DNA of 63,705 nt, filler included, from Octopus bimaculoides (lineage: Eukaryota): NCBI RefSeq assembly GCF_001194135.2. It is 5 parts of 5 records of this genome, joined end to end, with 100 filler letters (N's around TTAATTAATTAA, not from the genome) between each part and the next. Parts side by side here need not be neighbours in the genome. Positions count along the whole stretch, not along the records: positions 1 to 12,103 come from NC_068985.1; positions 12,204 to 38,280 come from NC_068982.1; 3 more parts are not named here. One strand, 5' to 3'. This document shows positions 1-13,299 of the stretch, in pieces (the stretch's first letter is position 1; every line of letters starts with the position of its first letter). Below the pieces are notes generated by a model. It was not told where the DNA came from. It searched no databases and saw only the letters and a program-made list of their open reading frames with translations. The translations under genes were made by a program, and so were the position numbers.

Positions 1-327
1 TATATATATATTCTGTAGCATTTTAAAGACATGTTTACATAGAACCAAACAGATTGAAACTAGAGAAATCTATGCTGAATTTCTTTTCTTGAACTCAACA
101 TTTTTTAATAAAAGAATTTTCGCACTTTTGCTTATGACTTATGCTTTAAACTACTGCTTCTTGATAATATTTTGCTAAGAAATTCTTGTTAAATTATATC
201 TTATTACCATGGTTTCAGCAAAAAGCCAAAATATAGGTTGCAATATAAGTCTAGAATATAATTAGAATGAATTAGTCAACTAAGAAAACAGAAATGGTGT
301 GTGTGTGTGTGTCAGAGAGAGAGAGAG

Positions 328-361
<34 letters not shown>

Positions 362-3300
362 CACACATACACGGGGTGGGAATGATCAAAAGTAAACATC
401 TATTTTGAAAAATAGTAATTTATAAAATAAAGAAAATGAGTGTTTGTGTGAGTCGATAGATGGATAGAGAAAGAGGAAAGGATATAAGCATGACAGTATA
501 GGTACTCAAATTAAATTAATTATTTTTATTTTACTTCTTAGTTTTATTAATTTCATGTTAAATGTATATTATCCTTCTTGACGTTTTATTTTCTGAATTA
601 CCCTTATTTGTCAAGTTCAGTTTGAAAGACCCTGTAATATATTTGAAAGAACGCGTTTGTCTGATAAAGGGCTTTCAGACAAATTGAGGGGTATTTGGAA
701 GAGTGTCGTGCGATTAAAATAGAGAAAACAGACGGTAGAAATTAAGTGGAAAAAAATACCACCAGCTTCTAATTAAGGGTCCATGAAAATTCTAATTAAG
801 ACTCTATGCATATTGAGAAAGAATAAATCTAAGTAGTTCTACACAGAAATGCATAGTATAAAAAGATTAGTACATTAAAATACAAACATAGAAAATAAAT
901 CAGATCACAAAAAGGAATATTTCTGTTATAAAAGTTAATCTGGTATAATCATCACTCAAGGATGTATATTTTATTGAAATGTCTCATTGCTATTTATTGT
1001 TAATTAAAATAATTATGTTCCATACATAAGAGTAACTGAAGTTGCTCATTTATAATGAAACTCTGAGTGCTGTCAGTAAGGAAATGAATGACTATGATAA
1101 TGTTGAAACAATCACGCGGTACAGCTACAACTGAATTCTATGATAACTTCGCTGTCGGCTTTCAGAAACGATATTATTTGTGCTTTCTCTAATACATTAT
1201 TCTAGCCCTCTAAAAGCAGGAGGCTTCTTACTTGCTTTATAAATTATGTAAGAGTTTGCGGCAATTATTTCAAAATATAGAAATCTCAATAAAATTACAG
1301 AATAATCGCAGATATATAATGGAATGGAAAAAACGATGACATAGTGATGAGAAATGACAGCAATTGGTGTATACGTCTGGGTTTATATAGATTTTTGCAG
1401 CGAACAAACAACAGCTATAACAAAGATCAAAGAAAGAGATGACGCGAACACATCAAGAATGAATGAATGGTGATTGTAAAGTAAAAGGGAGAAATAAAAA
1501 CGAATTTGGTTTCGTTCTATCTCAGATCAATGACATAAAATACAATATTGAATTTAAATATAAAATTAAAACAAAGATGACTAATAAATATGAATTATTT
1601 CATTATCATTAAGATAACAGAAGAGAGATGCGGCACGTTAAATCAGTGTTTACATTTCTGATTCAGTTTACACTTGCACTCATCTCCGAGTTAAAAAGAA
1701 AAGTCAGCCTAAAATAGACAAACATCGTTAAATGTAGAATGAAATTATGATATTAACAATTAATACTTACTCTGCAGCTGTTTAATATCACTGAGTAGAA
1801 TCAAGAAAAAGTAATGTGAGAAGGTCAGCGGGTCAGTTAGACTTTAGTAATTTGTATAACCGAGAGAATATCGTAATTAAAATGTTACTACTACTCGAGT
1901 GATAGTGATGCGAAAACACAGGCAGCTAGGAACTCTGCTTAGATAGATATGCGAAGGTCTGCGAGAATGTTAAATTATTTTGTGACAGTAAACTGCCCAA
2001 GCTAGCTGTGAAGCATGAATGACAAGCAGACAGCTTGAGAAATAGTAGTAGGCTAAGTCGAGAAGGAAATAAGCACATGGAAGTCCAAGACGGGTGAGAG
2101 ATACTGACTCCTATTCAGGCACAATGGTCTCGTGCCTATGATCAATTTTCAAGTGTGGATATGTTTGACTGTATATCGAGAAAGATCGAAGACTTCCGGT
2201 AAAAACACATGGCTATTCGTAATCTTAGTCATCTTACTATTAAATCATTAACCGTGTGGATTTAATATATTTATTGTCAAAATCTAAGCCTCGGAGATTT
2301 AGCAACTTTTCTTTTTTTTTATTATTATTATGTTAATATTTTATTTTTTTAGCCGTGTGAAATTATAGCTCGTATGTATCTTTTAAGTCTCCAGACAGTT
2401 TTAATTTCGCTAACCCCCTCCCCAATAAAAAGTTCTTAAAGGGCACTACTACAAGGGTACCTTAACATTGATCAATTATCCATACTAACACATAATATAA
2501 CATGGACAGTTCAATGACAAAAATTTCATATCTTGGGAATGACTTTGCAACTTTATTCGAATATCAGGAAAATGTTGTCCATGAATCATCAACAGGGAAT
2601 GAAAAAATAAAATAATAAAAGCAACGCATTTATTGACTATGTGATGGCTACCAGTGTATGTGTGTGTGTATGTGTCCCCACTTCCACATACGATCATTTC
2701 TAATGGACTCCAATAAAAGGGATGTAATATTACCCCTTCAGAGCCTGAGAGAAACTTTTCAAAGCGAATTAGACTGTTCTCAGAGCCCCTCGAATGATTT
2801 TGGGTGAAAGTGTCCTTTCAAAATTCAAAGGGGCTGTGAACATTTGGGTTTTTGTCTTTTTTTAATGTTTAGAGCAGGTACCTGTCAGATATTTCTGGCC
2901 CCATCTTTTGATCTCTGTGTCATAGACCATTGAACAGACAGAACCCCACTCATATATCTTTGTTGAGAAATAGTCACTTTTTCTATATATCATATAATAA
3001 TTATCTTTCCTTACCCAGCTCTTCGAAACGCCGGTGTTAAAACGGGGGTAGCTGATGAAGGAAAATGTTCTCTATGTGGCTTGTGTGTTTTCTTGTCTAC
3101 GTTTTGTTTGCAATGTCCTGTACCCAGATATGCACCTATACATACAGGTGGATGTCGGTATGCACATACCTGTACGTATATATGCATATACTCATTTACT
3201 ATTTGTTTATATATATATATATATATATATATANNNNNNNNNNNNNNNNNNNNNNNNNNNNNNNNNNNNNNNNNNNNNNNNNNNNNNNNNNNNNNNNNNN

Positions 3301-3698
3301 NNNNNNNNNNNNNNNNNNNNNNNNNNNNNNNNNNNNNNNNNNNNNNNNNNNNNNNNNNNNNNNNNNNNNNNNNNNNNNNNNNNNNNNNNNNNNNNNNNNN
3401 NNNNNNNNNNNNNNNNNNNNNNNNNNNNNNNNNNNNNNNNNNNNNNNNNNNNNNNNNNNNNNNNNNNNNNNNNNNNNNNNNNNNNNNNNNNNNNNNNNNN
3501 NNNNNNNNNNNNNNNNNNNNNNNNNNNNNNNNNNNNNNNNNNNNNNNNNNNNNNNNNNNNNNNNNNNNNNNNNNNNNNNNNNNNNNNNNNNNNNNNNNNN
3601 NNNNNNNNNNNNNNNNNNNNNNNNNNNNNNNNNNNNNCACCAAATATACAGTGCGTGTGTTTTTATTGGCTAAACTGGCAATATGACCATCCCCAAGT

Positions 3699-3743
<45 letters not shown>

Positions 3744-4360
3744 CATACATACATACACTCACATTTAATCCATAGCTGTTAGTCCAACAAAATACATTTT
3801 GTTGGAATAATGATTATAGATTAAATGTTAATTCACTCTCGAACTTATCTTTGATTTCTTTATTTCAAGTGGCTGGATATAGCTTCTTTGAACTTCTCAC
3901 TCCCTGGAGTACACGCACGCACGCACACACACATACACACACACACACACACGCGTGTGGGGGTGGGGGGAAGGAAGAACATCATCAATTATATCAACTT
4001 CAGTATTCAACTGTGACTTATTTTATCAATTCTGAAAGGATAAAAGGTAAGGTGGGCCAGACAGGATTTGAACTCAGAACATACACACACAGAGGTAACT
4101 AAATATTGCCAGTCATATTATTCAATGCTTCACTGATTCTGCTGCCCTCTAATGATTATGCTTACTAAATGAAAGAATGGGTGCAATTTGAATCAATGAC
4201 TTTATTTTTTTCTAGTCATAAACCACATTACTAATAGAATTATCTTCTGTGAATGGATATTTATTGATGGTGTGGTGGAATTATTAGAGCTTTGATTAAA
4301 ATAACTTGTACTTATTCCATTTCTGAGTTCACTCATAACAACACAAGAGCTTAATATATA

Positions 4361-5135
4361 TTGGGTCATCCCATAATACAGTTTTTATACTTCTTTATTT
4401 TTCAAAATTAAGATAAAGTTTTTTTTAAATCATAATATACTCTCCTTCATTTTCTACAATGCTCTTCCATATAGACTTGCAAAGCCCCTCTACCACAATT
4501 CACTTGTCCGTAACGAAAAATACTCTTCTAGTACTGTTCTGACCTCGTCTACAGAATTCATAGTTTTTCCATCCAAATGATTTTGAAGACTGCAGAATAA
4601 ATGATAATCAGATGGGCCAATGTCTGGCAAATATGATGGGTGGGGCATCGTTTCCTATTCAAATTACTCCAGCCTTTGAAATGTCATCCTTGCTGTATGT
4701 GGCCAAGCATTATCCTGTTGGAAGAACACCTTTTGTCTTGAAACCAAAGATGGTCCTTTTTCTTCTGGTGCTGACTTAAGCCATTCATGCTGCTCACAGT
4801 AGATCTCCCTTGTTATTGTTTGATTTGGGTTTAAATGTGGACTAAACCTTTCATATCCCACCAAACAGATAACAACACCCTATGTGGGTGAAGCCTGGGA
4901 TGCTGGTATTTCTCCTTTTCCTACCCACTGTCTTCAGCTCTTGACATTCTTATAGAGAACCCATTTCTCATCACCAGTCACTATTCCGTCCAAAAAAGGT
5001 TGATTTGTGAGATGTGACAACAAAGAAGAGCAGATATTAGACTTAGAAAGTTTGGAAGGAACTCAATGATCCAATTTGCTGACTTTTCTGATGGCATGCA
5101 GGTGTCGATGAATGGTTGAATGACTGTTCCTGTTG
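4361..5135 (-). mobile_element. Mariner (DD34D) transposon remnant: 3' two-thirds of a decayed transposase plus one terminus
   Basis: Minus-strand motifs HSTIHRHL..KVSKL..VP, FFQQDNAWPHTA, PHPSYLPDIGPSDYHLF and C-terminal IVENEGEY; TA|TTGGGTCATCCCATAA terminus at 4361; stops and frameshifts. Confidence 0.88.
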
Positions 5136-6771
5136 GAGTAGTGGAATCAAACCAAGATCAAATTATAAGTGAGGGGAGCTTTACAACAAAGACTACTGAG
5201 CAACAAACCAAGTTTATGTATTGCAAATACCCAATAACAACTGAAACTAATGCAAAAACTGGAAAACAGGAATCTGAAACCAAAAGATAAGTGGAAGGCC
5301 TTTATCAGCAAAGGCAGAGTAATGGTCAATGGGATTGTTAAGGTGACTGGTGCTGATATCACATAAAATGTTTTCATGCTGATGTCATGTAAAAAGTACT
5401 GGTGCACTCTGTAAAGTGGTTTGCATAAGAAAAGGTATCCAGCTGTAGAAAACCAGCCAAAAACAGACTATGGGACCAGTCTGGAAAACAACATATGATG
5501 ATGATGATGATGACAAACTGAAACTAATACAAAAACAGGAGAACAGGAAACCAAAACAAAAGGATAAGAGGTAGGCCTTTATCAGTAAAGGGAGAACAAT
5601 GGTTGATGGGATTGATAAATACCAAGAGCATAATGCAGTATGCGTAAGAGCACAAATTAAGTTGGTATGTTTACACTGTTCTATGTTGGATAAAGAAAAG
5701 TAGTATGTGCTACCGTAATTACCAGGTGCTGATTAATGAAAACTTGAAATTAAGTAATTTGATCACAGATTAATCTGTAATTACTATACACATGTACATG
5801 TCTTTAAGGTTAACATGAATATATATTCATATAAACTTACATCCACATAAATATCTGTACAAAAACACACACATATACATTTATTTATATATATACATAT
5901 ATATATACACACACACAGATATATATACAGATACATTGCAACTATTCATCATCATTTAACAGTCATTTTCCATGCTGGCATGGGCTGGACTGTTCAACAG
6001 GAGCTTGCAGGCAGAGAGCTGCTCCAGGCTCCAATCATCTGTTTTGGCATTGTTTCCAAGGTCGGATGCCCTTCCTAACACCAACCACCTTACAGAATAT
6101 ACTAGTGCTTTTACATGGCACCAGTATGGGTGCTTTCCTACATGGAACCAGCACAGGTGCTCCTTAGACGGAATGTTACAGGTGTTCTTTGCATGGTACC
6201 AACATGGGTGCTTTCTGCATGGACCTGGCACAGGTGCTTTTTACATGGCACCAGTATACATGGGGTCACCAAGTGGCTTACAAGACAAGGATGTCTCAGC
6301 TGAGACAGGGAGATGAACTGAGAGAACTAAAATGAGGAAACTAGTTTGAATATATCAGTGTTTAATATACATGTGAGTGTATGTGTGAGTGCGTGTGTGT
6401 GTGTGTGATCATCATTGTTTTAACATCTACATTTCCATACTTGCATGGGTCAGATGGAGTTCATCAAAGCAGATTTTCTATAGCAGGATGTCTGTTTTGA
6501 TGCTAACCCTCACCTGTTTCTAAGTAAGGTAAAATTTCTCCATGGCTGGATATGTTTTCATAGAAGGCTGGAAATGAACACCACTGCTTGTAAGACGGTG
6601 ACATTCCTTTTTTACTCCTTGTGCTGATACTGCATGATGTCAACAGAAACACATGCACCCACCCACAAACATACATATGCATACATACATGTGTGTGTGA
6701 ATGTGATATATATTTGAAACTGAAACTTTACATATCACAACTCTGAGCTTCATGTCTTTAATACTCTAGAG

Positions 6772-7073
6772 CAGTGCTTCTCAAACTGTCTGATGTGGCA
6801 TACTGGCAGTTTTTTTTTTCCAATGTTCCAGGGACCGGTAATATTTCTTAGCGATGTTAATTTATACCGGAAACAATATATATAATGAATATAATAAAAG
6901 TTGACAATTCTTTTTATCTTATATTTATTTTGCAAACAAATAATACAATATTACATAAGCATTTTTTAAGCATTTTATAATGTTTCTTTCCATTCTGGAA
7001 ACTCGCAGCATACCAGCAGCTGATGGCTCGCAGACCAGTGCCAGTCCGTGGACCACCGCTTTGAGTAGCACTG
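6772..7073. mobile_element. hAT (Charlie-type) MITE, 302 bp
   Basis: TIRs CAGTGCTTCTCAAA / TTTGAGTAGCACTG; perfect 8-bp TSD CTCTAGAG at 6764-6771 and 7074-7081 (NTCTAGAN is the known Charlie target); no coding capacity. Confidence 0.93.
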
Positions 7074-10000
7074 CTCTAGAGATAATAAATACATAAAACA
7101 TAAGATCGTATATTTGTAAGAACTTGTTTTATTTCTATTTGGAATCTGGAGCAGCACCTGGCCTTACCAGTTCTTGTCAAACCAGCCAACCCATGCCAGC
7201 ATGGAAAACAGACATTAAATGACGATGACGACCACGACAACAATGACTGAAACAAAGAGATTTGATTTGTAAAATTGTGTTTATTTGTTTTTTTTCCTTC
7301 AGCTTCAAATAAATGTCTTTCTGTTTCACTGCTTTATTGTATTGATTTTTGTTTTGTTTTTCTGTTTTTGTGTGGTTTCTTAATCACACAGATATGCTTG
7401 CACCAATAATAGTATGACTTGATCTCTCACTGGGTAATCAGTAGTCTAAAGTAGTTAAATCATTTAAACAGATTTAACCAAATAAAGAGATCGTCTGTAA
7501 ATGAAGTATTCTTAATATTCAAGTGAAAGTTATAGTTATTTGAATTACAGCCAGTGAAACTTATACTTATTTTACCAGCCCCAAGAGGATAAAAAGCAAT
7601 GTCAATGCCTCTAGAATTTGAATATGAATGGAAAGAGACAGAACTAAATATTCTTAGATATTTAGTCTAGTGCGCTATATTTATACCACTCAACTACCCC
7701 TCATCAGTACAAAATATATATAATAATGTCCTTAAAACATAGCAATGAGCATCATAGAAATATAAAAAAAAAATCAAATAACAAGTATAACAGCCAAAAA
7801 GAGGAAGCTGTTGAGAAATGTGGTACTTAGATTTCCTTCAAATATTAGAAAACTGAAGTGTTACGAAGCTCATAATGAGTTGTTGTTAATGTTGACTGAG
7901 AAGGGCATTCATTGATAACTTCCCTCTCCTCAAGCTAACATGGACAGAGTGGGAGGACAGCAGAAAGAAACAGTCTTGTCCAATGTTCACACACCATTAT
8001 ATATGATATTTTCTTTCAATTTTATTCTCACTTCATATAGAAACCAATTATGGTGAATAGTCAACTTGTACAAACACATTTACAGTGTTTATTCTATTTA
8101 GATGATACCAGAGAGTGTAAAGAACTAATTTAGCTGTTGGGAGTTGAATTACTCAGACCAACTTCAAGAGATGTTAATTTTTTTTTTTTTTTCTTTGATT
8201 TCTTTACTAACATAAAGTATCATTGGATTGATTTCATGCACAAGCTTCAAATTTATAGGAGGAACATTATATGTTGTAATATTCATGTCTTAAACACATT
8301 AGTAAGTTAAGCTAAAAGTTTTGCAACTAAATTGAAACTTAATGTAATCATTTTAGCAATTAAATATAGGGATTTCTTTTTATCTCAGCATAACACTAAT
8401 TTCTGAAAGGATAAGGGCATAATTAATTAGATTAATGAAAATATATATTTCAATTACTTTATCAAACCATCCATGAGAGGTGAAAAGCAAAATTGATCCT
8501 AGGTTCATTTGAATCCAGAATGTAAAACGATAAAAGTAAATATGGTCAAGCTATTTCTACTATTTTGCCTAATTCACTGCCCTAAATTTATTGTTTTTTA
8601 CTCAGATACAAGACATATATTTATTGATTAAACAAGATGTTATGATATTCATGCTTTTCCAGAAAGATTATTAGTAAAAGTAAAGTGAAATAGGAGAAAA
8701 ACAACTAGTTTTAAATCTCTGATTGAGATCTATGTAGTAACAATACTGAATAGTAAAGTTTATTTGCCAACATAACATGGCAGTCCTGAATAGGACTATG
8801 TTACTACTTTTGAACCCCTAGGAAAACATCTTTTCAAGTCGGTTTATTAACACATGATCTGTGTCCGAGACATATTGTAAGGGGCCTACTACTCCCTTCT
8901 AGTCATTGGCAGTACCAACAGACCGATGGTTTCTGGATAATTTCCCTTATTTGGGAAGCTTTACCAAAATGAAATAACTTCAACCAAAATCAGAATTCAC
9001 TTGCAGTCTAGCTCCCTTGCTATTTACTCCTAGTCTTATGGAACTCAAAGTATTGTTGAATTCATTATTGAAACGGATAATTCTTTCAGGCATCAACAAT
9101 CATGAATTTCCATACCGAGATCTGAACATTCACAGTTTTCCTTTCAAAACAAACACCCATGGGTTCCTGTTACCTTCTGTTAGTTTATTTACAGTGAACA
9201 CAGCTAATTGCCTGTTTTCTTGAGCATATCCCTCAAGCATAAGGCTATGTAATCATTAAGCAGAGGGATTGATCCACATGACATGAATGTGTGCCCACAC
9301 TCTAGTGGGCCCAAACAACACGTGTCTAGGGGCCAGCTCTCTTCCAAGTCGTATATACCTAGACAGAGGATTAGCTTCTGCTATTTGGTCCATTAATTGA
9401 AGCTCTTGGCAGGTACTATAACCTCAGTCCAGAGCAAACCTGAGAGAAGTGATAATTAAGGAGTAACTTCACACTCTCCAAAATAGCTTAACTCCTGGAA
9501 TGGAGCCTCACAACCAAATTCAGTTTGCCTTGCCCAGGACTATACTTAAACATCTGCTTTCAAAGTTTGATTTAGTCCAAAGAAGAAATTGATTTAAAGT
9601 GTAAATAAAAAATGCAAAAAAACTTCTCAAAATTCTTTTTCTTAACATAATCAAACTCATAAAGGACTGTTAGCATTCTCTGCCCATGATGCCTCACAGT
9701 ATAATCAGATTGATGAAATAGATGTTCTCCCTAGCTCCACAAACACGCTTGCCTGAAGAGGTGTAATAAGACCAAAACAAGTTCAGAATTGATACCATAA
9801 TTACCAAAGATCATATTCAACCCCCTCTGCATATCTTTGTTAAATTTTTAGCTAATTCAAATTTCAATTCTCTCCTTTGTTCTTTTGCAATGAATTCTAA
9901 TTAATGTTGAAGACTTTTCTTCTTCTTATGCATATAATTTCAAATGATTAAAATTTTCTTTTTGGCTCACTAAATTACGTTAACCTGCACTTAACTATTT

Positions 10001-11811
10001 TGAACATTAATTAAGCTAGTGTTGACATATCTAATGCAAGAGCATCAAGTAGCTAATTAGAAATAAATTTGTAGTGAGGAAAAGCGAATATTAGTCATTG
10101 ACTGATGTTTAAGGTTCCATTTCTGTTATCGTTTATTCCATTCAAATGCACAGACACTGTCAAAATTATCTGTATATGTGTGCCATTTACATTTAATGCA
10201 TGCATGCATGCGTATGTGTGTATGTATGTGTGTGTGTGTGTAATTGAGGATTTAATGGGTTTTTTTTCTTTTTTTATTATTGTATTCTCTAAGTCTACAA
10301 ACACTACTTGTTCACTGAGCAACATAACTGACGTCACAGATAATATATGTGAGCCACATTAAGCCTATGTAAAATACATTGCTCTACCAATAAATTGCTT
10401 CCAATGTAAATTCTGATCATCTTCTTTCTATTCCTTTTCCTTTTCTAAATGTAACCATTCTGTCACTAATTACAATGTACTGCTACAAAAAGTATATTTC
10501 CATATATACAATCCTTAAGCCTGTAACCTATTACATTGGAAGATCGTAAAAGTTATTTCATGTCTGGCTTAAAGAAATCTCATTCTAATGGAAATATGAC
10601 CCCCGTCCCCACCCCCACCAATGTATTTACTTTCCCTCATCTCTCCCTGTCACTTTTACTGTGTTATTTCACTGACCTCAAAATTAGCTACTTGCACTGT
10701 CTTTCCTTTTCTTCCTTCCCAAGACTACAATGCCATAGGAAGTCACTTCCAGTCCAAGTGTTCCTTTTAGGTTTTGACAGGTAGTATTTAAGTTTAGCAA
10801 TGATTTTTCTAAAATTGGAACACGATGACAATGGAATTGTAGAAGGTGATGAAAATGTATGCCATTAGTAATATAAGCAATGAATCAATTTTACCAGGGT
10901 ATCATCCTTTTAGGGCTGATAAAATAAGTACTAATTGAGCACTGGGGTTGATGTAATTGACTTAACTACTCTTGGGTAAGAGCATAAAATCAGCACCCTT
11001 CTGCCAAGCCATGTCTAGCCGGTGTGTAGAGAAGGCTCATCAAACCAGTATGATCTCAAGCTCAAATTCATGGCCACCACATTAGACTGTGGTTGGTGGA
11101 GAGAACATGCTGAGGTCCTCGTCTTGAAGTGAACTGAATATGAGCAGTCCAATCCAATCCAAACCTAAGTCAAGTCTTGGATACTTGCAATAACATTTGC
11201 AATAATCTCCTTCAGCTACCCTGAGCAGCAAACTACATTTTGAGTACTTATTCACTTGAATGTAGATTTTTTACACTTTATTGCTAATGTTTTTTGGGGT
11301 TTTTTTCAAAATACAACATAGTCTTTGGATTTTCATAAACAAAGAATTAAAAAATATTTTTCAAACAAGATAAAAGTCTTCAAAAAAAAAAGGGGAATCT
11401 AAACTCAATACATTATACATCATCATTAAATGTCTACCATTTCATGCTTGCATGGGTCAGATGGAATTTTGTTGAGGCAGATTTTCTACAGACATGTTTT
11501 TCCATGGAAGATTGGAAACAAACAACATTGCATATACTGGGATCAATTTGGTCGACTAGAATTCTTCAAAGCAGTGCCCCAGCATGGCCACAGACTAGTG
11601 ACTAAAACAAGTAAAAGAATAAAAGAGTATAAAAGCATTTTTATTTTTGTGTGTGTCTGTGAGAGAGAGAGAGAGAGAGAGAATGAGAAGAGTAGCTTGC
11701 AGTCTACCCCTCATTTTGGATAATTGCTATTTCCGAGGTTCCGCTAGCTATGAAACATATGTAGCCTGGATTTTATCGACTCTATTCCCTAATTTTGGGA
11801 TATATATATAT

Positions 11812-12103
11812 ATGGGAGAATATACAAAAAATAACAACAGACGAGGACAGGTGGTGTAAATAACAAAAGTATATATTAGTATGACGCTCGGGAATACGGA
11901 AAGTCTTTGACGTTTCGAGCTACGCTCTTCAACAGAAAGAATACGGAGACAAGGAGAAAAACACGGAGAAAAAAAATTGAATAGTGTTCAGTCAACGGTC
12001 AATCATAATAATGGCCGATCATAACAATGACTGACCGGAAGTTAGAAATTCTTATTTCAGGAGAGCTAAGAAAGGGGGAGATAACAAACGGTGATCGGGA
12101 ACG
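11812..12103 (-). mobile_element. Penelope-like terminal-repeat (pLTR) fragment with a hammerhead motif
   Basis: Homologous to 39210-39420 and 57995-58200 (GGAGAAT...GACAGGTGGTGTAAA...GCTCGGGAATA...AGTCTTT.ACGTTTCGAGC..CGCTCTTCAACAGAAAG). Confidence 0.6.
11904..11940 (-). ncRNA. Minimal type-I hammerhead ribozyme motif (A6U core variant)
   Basis: UCUUU-CUGUUGA-A-GAGC(GUA)GCUC-GAAAC-GUC-AAAGA: 5-bp stem I, 4-bp stem II, loopless palindromic ACGU stem III, GUC cleavage triplet. Confidence 0.7.
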
Positions 12104-12203
12104 NNNNNNNNNNNNNNNNNNNNNNNNNNNNNNNNNNNNNNNNNNNNTTAATTAATTAANNNNNNNNNNNNNNNNNNNNNNNNNNNNNNNNNNNNNNNNN
12201 NNN
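12104..12203. other. Artificial 100-bp scaffolding spacer N44-TTAATTAATTAA-N44 (also 38281-38380, 56689-56788, 62432-62531 region)
   Basis: An identical 12-mer giving stops in all six frames is centred between equal N runs at four places; true distance across these joins is unknown. Confidence 0.95.
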
Positions 12204-12237
<34 letters not shown>

Positions 12238-13130
12238 AGACAGTGAAAGGGGTGAACAAGAAATTGATACATAGATAAATAGAGAGAGAGAGAGGGAGAG
12301 GGAGAGAGAGAGACAGACAGAGATGAGAGAATGAGGCATATATAAATATGTGTGTGTGTGTGTGTGTGATCACACCGGGATTTGAACGCGGAGGGTTGAG
12401 AGCCGGAACGGTTACCATAAAGCAATCTTTCCGACGCTCTAATGACTCTGCCAGCCAGCAGCCTTGTGTATATGCATGTATGTATGTATGTATGTATGTA
12501 TGTATGTGTGTGTGTATGTGTGTGTGTGTGTATGTATATATGTGTATGCATGTATTTATATCAGTATACACACACAGGCGCGCGCATACACACACACACA
12601 CGCACACACACACACACACACGTTGCAGTTGAGTCGACTTCTTTGGGCATGTATGTATGTTTGTATGTATGTAAATATATACACACATGCGCACACACAT
12701 ATATACATATTTCCATATGTATATATGCACATACACATATGCACACACACATACGTACATACACATAATGAACACTTACGTTATTAGACGACGGGGAGGG
12801 TTACTCAATTTCTTGCTGAATAATCAGACAGATGGTTTGTTTATCGGATCAAATGTTTGTACTCTCATAAGTTCTCTACTCTTATCGAATCGACATTGCC
12901 TGTACAGATGCTCAAGTGTACCACACTTCAGTTGTTGAAATTGTCACAGAGCAACGTGAAATGGAGTTTTTGGTCAAGAGCACAACGCACCGCCCAGTCT
13001 GGAAATCGAAACCACAATCTCGCGACCTGTTTGCAACACTTTAAAATCATTAAGACATGCGCCATTACTGTATGTATGTATGTATGTATGTATGTATGTA
13101 TGTATGTATGTATGTATGTATGCATGTATG

Positions 13131-13162
<32 letters not shown>

Positions 13163-13257
13163 NNNNNNNNNNNNNNNNNNNNNNNNNNNNNNNNNNNNNN
13201 NNNNNNNNNATATATGTTTATATGTGTGTATGTATTTATATACATATGAATGTATGC

Positions 13258-13299
<42 letters not shown>

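Noticed and set aside
2787-2845. Pre-miRNA-sized imperfect hairpin
   Set aside because: Several bulges, no known mature miRNA recognised; cannot be supported without folding and small-RNA data.
3011-3768. Long ORFs containing X runs (also 26.6-27.2, 28.6-29.1, 31.8-32.6, 37.1-37.6 and 58.2-59.3 kb)
   Set aside because: Open only because N gaps and (AT)n tracts contain no stops. Only the 59119-59273 part of ORF 58179..59273 is real, as LINE RT sequence.
10799-10856. + strand MIFLKLEHDDNGIVEGDEN resembling an EF-hand loop, followed by a gtatgc donor
   Set aside because: Position 1 is E rather than D, no good in-frame acceptor, and no partner exons.
12148-12159. Identical palindromic TTAATTAATTAA motif recurring at 12148, 38325, 56733 and 62476
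   Set aside because: Always centred between two runs of 44 N; an assembly spacer, not biology.
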